From Gemmatimonadales bacterium (GTDB taxonomy: Bacteria; Gemmatimonadota; Gemmatimonadetes; Gemmatimonadales; GWC2-71-9): a stretch of DNA of 64,000 bases. Made by a program: the position numbers and the translations under genes. Shown here piece after piece: positions 57,022 to 64,000 of the stretch. Below the pieces are notes generated by a model, which was given only the letters and a program-made list of their open reading frames with translations, made no database searches and was not told the origin of the DNA. Position 1 is the stretch's first letter. Each line of letters starts with the position of its first letter. The stretch is from assembly GCA_037189525.1 (NCBI GenBank), contig JBBCJC010000001.1:384001-448000 (forward strand), given 5' to 3'.

Positions 57022-58752
57022 TTACTGGCTGCGCGAACGATACCCGGGACCCCGCACGGCACGGCCCGGCTTGGCGCCGGTATGCACGCCGTCCTTCACC
57101 ACGGCAACGCCGTTGACGAAGACGTGATGCATGCCAACCGACAGCTTGTGCGGATCTTCGAAGGTGGAACGATCGGCCACGGTGGCGGGATCGAAGACGA
57201 CGACATCGGCATACATGCCGGGGCGGAGCACGCCGCGATCCGGAATCGAAAGGCGGGTCGCCACGGCCGACGACATCTTGCGGATGGCGTCTTCGAGGCC
57301 GATCACGCCCTCGTCACGGACGTATTTGCCCAGGATCCGGGTGTAGGTGCCGTAGGTGCGTGGATGAGCCAGGCCGCTCGACGAATCGGGGTCCATACCG
57401 CCGGCATCGGTTCCGAACTTCATCCACGGCGCCTGCAGGCCCAGCTTGACGTTCTCTTCGCTCATCATGAAATAGATCGTGCCGATCCGCTGATCTTCCG
57501 ATGCCAGCAGGTCCATCGCCGCGGTGACCCAATCCGTGCGCATTTCTTTGGCCACGTCGGAGAGGCGCCGGCCCGACCACTTCTTGTTCTCGTCCTTCCG
57601 GAACCCGAGCACCAGGACATTCTCGGGTGTCGAAAGCTCGCAGAGGTTTTCCCAGTCCTTCATCCCGGGCGCCAGAATCTCGGCCCGGATCTTGGCCCGC
57701 TCGGCGGGATCCCGGAGCCGCTCGTACAGCTTGCCGCCTTCAGACGCCGAGGGCGGCATACAGGCGGAGAGACCGGTGCCGCCGGCGATGTACGGGTACA
57801 TATCGGCCTGGACATCGAGCCCTGCGCGGCGAGCGGAGTCGATCTTGGCGATCATCAGCGGCATCTTGTAATGATTCCGCTTGCCCGCCGCCTTGAGGTG
57901 GTAGATCTCGACCGCGACACCGGCCTCTTTGCCGATCCGGATCGACTCATCGATACCCTCGAGCACCTGATCCGCTTCCGACCGCATGTGGGTGATGTAC
58001 ACGCCGCCGTACGGCGCCATCGCCTTGCTGATCTCGATCAGTTCCTCGGTCGAGGCAAAGTTGCCGGGCGGATAGATCAGCGCCGACGCAATCCCGAAGG
58101 CGCCGTCTTCCATGGCCCACCGCACCGCCTTACGCATCGAATCGAGCGCCGCGGCATCGGCCGCGCCCATCGCTTCGCCCATGCCGTAGACGCGAATGGT
58201 CGTGGCACCCACGAAGGAACCGACATTGGCGGACGGTCCATTGGCCACCATCGCGTCGAGCCAGCGACCGAACCCGCCTTCACCCTGGAACGACTCCGAG
58301 AGCTTCTGGAGCGCGGGATCGACGATGTCGGCACCGGCGAGCGTCTTGGCGTTGGCCGGCGCGTTGGTCGAGCCTTCGCCCATGATCTCGGTCGTGATGC
58401 CCTGCGTCACTTTACTGACGATCCGTCCGTCGCCGCGAAGCAGCGGGCCCCGCGAATGGCTCTGGATGTCGATGAAGCCCGGGGCCACCACCATGCCACG
58501 CGCGTCGAGACGGTTGGTGGCATTGGCCTCCGACAGCGCCCCCGCCGGCGCAATCCGGGCAATCCGGTCGCCCCGAATGGCGACATCACCATAGAACCAC
58601 GCCGCCCCGGTGCCGTCGACCACTCGGCCGCCTTCGATGATCAGATCGTAGTTGCCGCCACGGGTTTCGGCGGGCTTCCCGGGTGGCTGACAGGCCGTGA
58701 CCGCGAGCAGCGCGACCAGGGACGGTACCACGGAGGTGCGAAAGGTGGACAT
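57022..58752 (-). CDS. N-acyl-D-amino acid deacylase family lipoprotein
   Basis: Lipobox VTAC; PGFIDIQSHS, THMRSE, YHLK, DMYPY, FGTD, HPRTYGT. Confidence 0.9.
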   Translation of the reverse strand: MSTFRTSVVPSLVALLAVTACQPPGKPAETRGGNYDLIIEGGRVVDGTGAAWFYGDVAIRGDRIARIAPAGALSEANATNRLDARGMVVAPGFIDIQSHSRGPLLRGDGRIVSKVTQGITTEIMGEGSTNAPANAKTLAGADIVDPALQKLSESFQGEGGFGRWLDAMVANGPSANVGSFVGATTIRVYGMGEAMGAADAAALDSMRKAVRWAMEDGAFGIASALIYPPGNFASTEELIEISKAMAPYGGVYITHMRSEADQVLEGIDESIRIGKEAGVAVEIYHLKAAGKRNHYKMPLMIAKIDSARRAGLDVQADMYPYIAGGTGLSACMPPSASEGGKLYERLRDPAERAKIRAEILAPGMKDWENLCELSTPENVLVLGFRKDENKKWSGRRLSDVAKEMRTDWVTAAMDLLASEDQRIGTIYFMMSEENVKLGLQAPWMKFGTDAGGMDPDSSSGLAHPRTYGTYTRILGKYVRDEGVIGLEDAIRKMSSAVATRLSIPDRGVLRPGMYADVVVFDPATVADRSTFEDPHKLSVGMHHVFVNGVAVVKDGVHTGAKPGRAVRGPGYRSRSQ

Positions 58753-58992
58753 CGAACGGAAACTCCGGGGATGTAGGATGACGTGGGAGACGACCGGACA
58801 GGATTTGCATCCGGATCGGTATCCAATCTACTCCGATGTAGTCCGAGCACCACCGCTATGATCGGGACCGATCGCGCGGATCGTCGGTTGGGCCGAGTTC
58901 AAGGTCGATCTGACGGATTCTGGACCCTGCAGGCCTGCGAGGATACCCTTGGGTTGCACCCAGTTCTACCAACTCCGACGCCCAGGACCGGT

Positions 58993-59457
58993 ATGATGAT
59001 TCGATGGCTTGCGGTAGCTGCGCTCGTTGCGGTCCCCACTCGGGCCGTTTCGGCTCAACAGGCCCCGGCGCCGTTCCGGGATATCGAAGTACTGATGCAG
59101 CGGCTCACCGACGCGGTGAAGCGGCAGGATGGTCCCTCGATGACGAGCGTGTACGTGCTCGAGGATCCGCTGGTCTTCAGCAGCCACGCCGTCTTCATGA
59201 CACGGCGCGACTCGCTCCACGCGATCTATCTGGCCTGGGACTCGACTCGGACCAAGGGGACCTTCCTGGCGTTCGACGGTCTGCAGTACCGCCAGCTTGG
59301 CCCGGATGCCGTGCTGGTAACGGGCCGGCTCCGTCTGGCTCCAGGAACCCCGACCGGCACCGCGGCAGATACCCTGCGCGGCAGCTGGACCGGCGTATTC
59401 GAACGCCGCAACGGTCGCTGGGGCCTGGCTCACGAGCACGAGTCGTTTCAGCGGTAA
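58993..59457 (+). CDS. Secreted NTF2/SnoaL-like (DUF4440) protein
   Basis: Signal peptide; C-terminal WTGVFERRNGRWGLAHEHES. Confidence 0.8.
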   Translation: MMIRWLAVAALVAVPTRAVSAQQAPAPFRDIEVLMQRLTDAVKRQDGPSMTSVYVLEDPLVFSSHAVFMTRRDSLHAIYLAWDSTRTKGTFLAFDGLQYRQLGPDAVLVTGRLRLAPGTPTGTAADTLRGSWTGVFERRNGRWGLAHEHESFQR

Positions 59458-59462
59458 GGGGC

Positions 59463-59562
59463 TCGACCGCGCAGGCGTTAGCCAAGTGAACGAGCCGTCT
59501 CACTGCGGTGGTTCGAAATTGCCCGGAGTTCGACCGCGCAGGCGGAGCCAAGCGAACGAGCC
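59463..59562. repeat. Two imperfect 33-34 bp direct repeats (REP-like)
   Basis: TCGACCGCGCAGGCG(TT/G)AGCCAAG(T/C)GAACGAGCC at 59463-59496 and 59530-59562. Confidence 0.8.
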
Positions 59563-59624
59563 CAGGAGGGGACAACTAGAAAGCCGCCTCACGGCGGCTT
59601 TCAAAGTTGCCCCTCCTGGGCTCG
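59557..59624. repeat. Long inverted repeat including an inverted copy of the tRNA-Gln 3' end and the terminator hairpin
   Basis: CGAGCCCAGGAGGGG (59557-59571) is the reverse complement of 59610-59624; core hairpin at 59579-59602. Confidence 0.85.
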
Positions 59625-59679
59625 AACCAGGACTCTTCTGATCCAGAGTCAGACGTGTTGCCAGTTACACCAAGGGGCA
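59607..59679 (-). tRNA. tRNA-Gln(CTG)
   Basis: Cloverleaf TGCCCCT...TCTGA-CT CTG GA-TCAGA...GGTTCGAG...AGGGGCAA; no encoded CCA. Confidence 0.95.
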
Positions 59680-59684
59680 CCAGA

Positions 59685-59757
59685 TGGAGCTGAGGGGGAT
59701 CGAACCCCTGACCTCTGCAGTGCGATTGCAGCGCTCTCCCAGCTGAGCTACAGCCCC
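59685..59757 (-). tRNA. tRNA-Ala(CGC)
   Basis: GGGGCTGTAGCTCAG...CTGCA-AT CGC AC-TGCAG...GGTTCGATC; G3:U70; no encoded CCA. Confidence 0.95.
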
Positions 59758-59770
59758 GAGCAGGCCGACT

Positions 59771-59799
59771 AAAGTAGTGGCCCGCCTGGCTCACGTCAA
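59771..59799 (-). promoter_or_regulatory. Sigma70 promoter of the tRNA operon
   Basis: TTGACG-N17-TACTTT just upstream of tRNA-Ala. Confidence 0.7.
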
Positions 59800-60138
59800 C
59801 CAGCGCCGTGCCACCCTGCGGAGGCCTATCTCATTGCAAATCAACCACCTATGGATGGCCAGAAAGAGGTAGCGAGCGATGAGAGGCAGCCGAAACGGGG
59901 GGAACTCAGTCCTATAGCCCCGTCACCAGCACCCTGCTCACCGCTCGCCGATTCACCGCTGACCGTGAAGAAAGCAATTCACGAGCCAAAGTCGTCCCAC
60001 CAGGCCCTGCCCTCCGACCGCCCCTGTAAATCTTTACGACACAAAGAGATACGACGAAGCGTCCCGCCCCTGGCAACGGGATCGCCTGTCGTACCGGGTC
60101 TCGGGCTGGTGCACCCAGCCGTCAAATCTGGCACCTGG

Positions 60139-61221
60139 CTAGTTGTCGAGCAGCAACGCAAACGACTTGGTGGCCTCGATCCGGTCGCACGCCACTTTGA
60201 TCAGCACCGTCATCGGCACCGCCAGAATCGCCCCCGGAACTCCCCACACCCAACTCCAGAAGAGGAACCCCACGAACAGCGCGACCGGATTGAGCGGCAG
60301 CTTGGCTCCCAACAGCATCGGGGTCAGCAGATTCCCCTCGAGCATGTTGATCAACGCAAATCCGCCGACCGCGAGCAACGGTTGCTGGAGGGTGTCGAAC
60401 GACACCAGCGCCGCCAGACCGATCACGACGATGGTGATCACCGCGCCAAGATAGGGAATGAAGTTGAGGATACCGGCCAGAACGCCCCACAGAGCAGCAT
60501 TCGGCATTCCGATCACGAGCAACAGCAACCAGGTGACCACGCCAACCACCAGCGACACGACCGTATTGAGTAGGAGATAGCGCGACATCTGGACTTCGAT
60601 TTCCTGCAAGGCGCCCTCGACCTTGGCCCGCTCGACCCGCTTGGGCAACAGATCGGCCAGCTTGCCGCGGAACAGCGGCGCATACGCCAGCAGGAAGTAG
60701 GTCAGAAAGACCACGCTCAACCCCGCGCCCACCATGCTCGCGGTGGTACCGGAGAGCCGCTGCACCATCCCCGGCTTCTGCACGGCTACCGTCTGCGTCG
60801 CGCTCCCTCCCGTAACGGCTTCGACTTTCTGCGCAGCCCGTTCCAGCCGCTGAATCGGACGGATGAGATTGCGCACCTTGCGTTCGACCCGGGACAGCGT
60901 TTCCGGCGCCCGGGCAACCCAGGCGGCCGCCGGCGAAGCAAGCAGGACGACGCCCGCCAGCGTGACCGTAGTGAAACCGAAGACCGCGATCGCCGCGGCA
61001 ATGGCCGGACGGATCCGGAACCGGCAGAGCCCGCGCACCATCGGCGCAAAGAGCTGGCTCAACAGCCAGGCCACCGCAATCGGCACCAGGAGCGGCGCCG
61101 CCAGCTTGAGAGCGCCGACGGCCAGCACGATGAACGTGCCGACGAGCGCCACGATCGCGATCTGCAACTGCCCTGCCCGCGCCCCGCGAATGGGGGGACC
61201 ACCCGACGCACTGGGACTCAA
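60139..61221 (-). CDS. AI-2E family transporter
   Basis: LNFIPYLG, EGNLLTP, WGVPGAILAVP; AGGAGG RBS before TTG. Confidence 0.92.
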   Translation of the reverse strand: MSPSASGGPPIRGARAGQLQIAIVALVGTFIVLAVGALKLAAPLLVPIAVAWLLSQLFAPMVRGLCRFRIRPAIAAAIAVFGFTTVTLAGVVLLASPAAAWVARAPETLSRVERKVRNLIRPIQRLERAAQKVEAVTGGSATQTVAVQKPGMVQRLSGTTASMVGAGLSVVFLTYFLLAYAPLFRGKLADLLPKRVERAKVEGALQEIEVQMSRYLLLNTVVSLVVGVVTWLLLLVIGMPNAALWGVLAGILNFIPYLGAVITIVVIGLAALVSFDTLQQPLLAVGGFALINMLEGNLLTPMLLGAKLPLNPVALFVGFLFWSWVWGVPGAILAVPMTVLIKVACDRIEATKSFALLLDN

Positions 61222-61390
61222 CGGCGCCTCCTGGTTGGATGAGGACTCCTGACCACGAGGACGAACGAACCTGCCCCGGCCGGCACGCTCAGCCCGGAAA
61301 CTGCGTTCAAAGCTGCACCGTCTGCGTCATTTGGGTTACTGCCACCAATCCGAACGTCCCCAGCTTCGAAGCAACCTTTCAGGGGGTCGT

Positions 61391-61855
61391 ATGAGTGGTA
61401 CTTCGGGTATCTACGCCGTCACACTGTGGACAGCCGGCCGGTTGCCGAGCCTGGTCAGCTTCAATGGACGAAGCGTCGCCGTGAGCCTTCTGGGCCGGTT
61501 GGTCCTCGAACGCTGGGGCCAACTTGCCTCGGCCTTCCGGGAGCTCACGATCGACGAGTTCGCCATCCTTCCCGATCGCTTCCGCGCCGTGGTGCATTGC
61601 CGGAGTTCCGCCGACCTCGAGCTGGGTCTGGCCTGGTTCAGAGCCGCGGTTGCGCAGGAAGCGCGTCTCGCCAGGCTGTCGCTGAGCGGGGTGGTCTGGG
61701 AATCGGGAGGTGACGTCATCGCCGTCGAAAGTGCCGACGAACTGATGAGTTGGCGCCGGAGGATTCGGGCGGGCCGCGCCCTGGGACTGTCGGGGTCGCT
61801 TCCTGCCGGGCAGCCGAGCGTACCCAAAGCTGCGGCGGGCGTGGCAGGCGCCTGA
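61391..61855 (+). CDS. Degenerate RAYT/TnpA(Y1)-like protein lacking the catalytic HUH and Tyr
   Basis: GIYAVTLWT..R, G.LV..RW, IDEFAILPDRFR, WF, VWE, L...RRRI pattern aligns by eye to REP-associated tyrosine transposases. Confidence 0.6.
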   Translation: MSGTSGIYAVTLWTAGRLPSLVSFNGRSVAVSLLGRLVLERWGQLASAFRELTIDEFAILPDRFRAVVHCRSSADLELGLAWFRAAVAQEARLARLSLSGVVWESGGDVIAVESADELMSWRRRIRAGRALGLSGSLPAGQPSVPKAAAGVAGA

Positions 61856-61861
61856 CCCGAG

Positions 61862-62776
61862 TCAGTCCGGGAAAGGAACCTCGACGGTCATTCCGTCGCG
61901 CGCGATCCCGACAGACGGAAAGATGGCGCTCGCTTCGGCCAGCAGTTCGGGGGCATCGCGATTGTAGCGGGCGCTGATGTGGGTGAGCACCAGGCGGCGA
62001 ACTCCGGCATCGCGCGCAAGCAGCGCAGCTTCCCGCGCGGTCGAATGGCCGGTCTCGACGGCGCGGGCACGTTCGTCCTCGCCGAAGGTCGCTTCGTGCA
62101 CCAGCAGGTCGGCGCCGCGCGACACCTCGCGAACCCCGGCACAGGGCCGAGTGTCGCCGCTGTAGACCACGGTCCGCCCCGGGCGGGTCGGCCCGACGAT
62201 CGCTTCGGGGGTTACGACTCGGCCATCCGGCAGGGTGACCGCTTTGCCGCGATGGATCTGTCCCCAGAGCGGACCCTCCGGCACGCCGAGCTGGCGCGCT
62301 ACCTCCGGATCGAAACGACCCAGCCGGTCCTTCTCGACCAGTGCGTAGCCGACGGTGTCGGTGCGGTGCTCGGTCGGAAAGACCACCATGTCGTACTCGG
62401 CCCGTTTGAGCCGGTCGCCCGGTTTGACCTCGATGATTTCGACGGGGAATTTCGTCCGTTCGATCCCGACGGACAGAGCATGCTCGAGGATCCGCCGGGC
62501 CGGCCGAGGACCGTAGAGCGTCACCCCTTCACGGCGATCCATCAGCCCCATGGTGCGGAAGAGGCCGATCACACCGAGCATGTGATCCGAATGGTAGTGC
62601 GAAAAGAAGATCTCGGTGAAGGTGAACCCCACACCGTACCGCATCATCTGCCGCTGGGTGCCTTCGCCGCAGTCGAAAAGAAGCGTCTCACCTTCGCGCG
62701 CGAGGGCAATACTGGTGACGTTGCGGTCGACCGTGGGACAGGCGGCGCCGGTACCGAGAAAGGTGAGGGCAAGCAT
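61862..62776 (-). CDS. rnz: Ribonuclease Z
   Basis: FLGTG, FDCGEGTQRQ, SHYHSDH, GVPEGP exosite, SGDT, HEAT, HST, THISARY. Confidence 0.95.
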   Translation of the reverse strand: MLALTFLGTGAACPTVDRNVTSIALAREGETLLFDCGEGTQRQMMRYGVGFTFTEIFFSHYHSDHMLGVIGLFRTMGLMDRREGVTLYGPRPARRILEHALSVGIERTKFPVEIIEVKPGDRLKRAEYDMVVFPTEHRTDTVGYALVEKDRLGRFDPEVARQLGVPEGPLWGQIHRGKAVTLPDGRVVTPEAIVGPTRPGRTVVYSGDTRPCAGVREVSRGADLLVHEATFGEDERARAVETGHSTAREAALLARDAGVRRLVLTHISARYNRDAPELLAEASAIFPSVGIARDGMTVEVPFPD

Positions 62777-62813
62777 GGCGCAAAACTAACAGCCCGCGCC
62801 CCCACGCGCCGGA

Positions 62814-63701
62814 TCAGAACGCCTTGATCTGAATGGTGATCTTGCCCGGGTTCTTCTTGATCTCGTTGACCAGTTCCTCGAGCGCCACGGACACACGGCG
62901 CAGGTCATGATACAACAGCGTATCGTTGACCAGCTTGCCCATGGTCCCGTCGCCCCGGTTGATCTTCTGGAGCAGCGTGTCGAGCCGGGCGCTGGTGGCG
63001 GTAAAACCGCTGCTGGTCAGCGCCAGGTTGGTCATGAGCGTGTCGCTCTTTCGGAGCGTGGTGGCCAGTTCCACCTGTGCCAGCGTGGTATCCAGCCGCG
63101 CCGAGAGCTGCTGCAGCGAGCTCATGGTCGCCGTCAACTCAGCAGCCGGACCGGTACGGGTGTTGGAGAATACCGAAGCCAGCCGCTGCATTGCCTCGAG
63201 CGTGGCATTGAGGTTGTCGGCCAGACGCCGGTTGGCAATCTCATTGATGCCGCCCAAGGCTTCCCTGGCCGAGGCACCGAGCTCGCTACCCATGTCCATC
63301 AGGCCAACGGCAACCGAGCCCTGAATCACTTGCCCCGCAGGCAGCGGCTCGGCCGCACGCCCCGGATTGAAGTTGATCACCGCGTCCGCCACCAGCCCGA
63401 CCGTCGCCAGCTCAGCAGTCGCGTCGGTCTTGGGCTGGACCTGCGGAGAAAGCGAAAGGGTGATGATGACATCGCCCACGCCCCGAAACTCGATCTCTTC
63501 CACCGACCCCAGATTGACGCCCGAAACGCGTACCGCCGATCCGCGCTTCAGGGTTCCGACATCCGCAAAGGAAACCCGGACCGCCGAATGGCCGCGGCCG
63601 AAGCTCTTGCCCTGGAGCCACATGGTCCCGGCGAGAAAAAGTCCGATGCCGACGAGGACCAGCACGCCGACGGTGACTTCCTGCTTGCGATGAAGATCCA
63701 T
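62814..63701 (-). CDS. MlaD/MCE family protein
   Basis: N-terminal TM; GSAVRVSGVNLGSV MCE motif; helical C-terminus GTMGKLVND. Confidence 0.9.
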   Translation of the reverse strand: MDLHRKQEVTVGVLVLVGIGLFLAGTMWLQGKSFGRGHSAVRVSFADVGTLKRGSAVRVSGVNLGSVEEIEFRGVGDVIITLSLSPQVQPKTDATAELATVGLVADAVINFNPGRAAEPLPAGQVIQGSVAVGLMDMGSELGASAREALGGINEIANRRLADNLNATLEAMQRLASVFSNTRTGPAAELTATMSSLQQLSARLDTTLAQVELATTLRKSDTLMTNLALTSSGFTATSARLDTLLQKINRGDGTMGKLVNDTLLYHDLRRVSVALEELVNEIKKNPGKITIQIKAF

Positions 63702-63710
63702 ATGATCCGC

Positions 63711-64000
63711 CTAACCAGCGTCTTGGGTTTCGAAATCGCGTTCCAGAAAGGCGCGCACTTTCTCGTTCTCGGACTCCCGAAACTCGTCGGGGGTCCCTTG
63801 AAGGAGGATTCGCCCGTCACTCAACAACGCAATCCGATCGGCAACACGAAACGCGCCGCGAACGTCGTGGGTCACCATCACACTGGTCACACCCAGGTCA
63901 TCGGAGAGCCGTTTGACCAGCTTGTCGATCACGTCGGAATTGACCGGATCGAGACCGGACGTCGGTTCGTCGTACAGCAGGTACTTGGGCGCTCCCGCAA
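63711..64000 (-). CDS. MlaF-like ABC ATP-binding protein, 5'-partial
   Basis: LLYDEPTSGLDP...SVMVTHD; adjacent to MlaD. Confidence 0.88.
   Translation of the reverse strand, partial: AGAPKYLLYDEPTSGLDPVNSDVIDKLVKRLSDDLGVTSVMVTHDVRGAFRVADRIALLSDGRILLQGTPDEFRESENEKVRAFLERDFETQDAG

Noticed and set aside
59463..59562. Mini-CRISPR (34-bp repeat, 33-bp spacer)
   Set aside because: Only two non-identical repeats, no leader or cas genes, and the second copy merges into a tRNA antisense hairpin
59557..59624. attL/attR of an island integrated at tRNA-Gln
   Set aside because: The tRNA fragment is inverted and adjacent rather than a distant direct repeat, and there is no integrase in the window
59851..60573. 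240-aa ORF on the + strand
   Set aside because: Mostly antisense to the AI-2E gene, with non-protein-like composition
61391..61855. Active IS200/IS605 element
   Set aside because: Catalytic residues are absent, and no tnpB or terminal hairpin ends were identified

Overview
High-GC bacterial chromosomal segment with about 50 CDS and two tRNAs. The gene content (many signal-peptide hydrolases, carboxypeptidase-regulatory/TonB proteins, an ECF sigma-kinase pair) suggests Gemmatimonadota; this is an inference. No CRISPR array, prophage or intact IS was seen. Main blocks: (1) a tandem OPH-like phosphotriesterase and MPH-like MBL hydrolase; (2) two ABC exporter modules, one XRE-regulated and one with a permease-M1 peptidase fusion; (3) a coupled operon GcvT-like / two PYROXD2-like flavoproteins / Rieske oxygenase / frameshifted M24 peptidase; (4) a DNA-repair cluster of xth, ligD, Ku-DUF72 and a UvrD helicase with an inserted DEDDh exonuclease; (5) a Ser/Thr kinase-ECF sigma-dipeptidase-aminotransferase operon; (6) an MhqR-type quinone detox module with visible operators; (7) tRNA-Ala/tRNA-Gln followed by an inverted copy of the tRNA 3' end and REP-like repeats, near a catalytically dead RAYT/TnpA-like gene; then rnz, mlaD and mlaF. 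The best candidates for undescribed systems are the extended NHEJ cluster, the GcvT/PYROXD2/Rieske demethylation operon, the dual-fold organophosphate hydrolase pair and the domesticated RAYT. All protein calls come from recognising motifs by eye; no searches were run.
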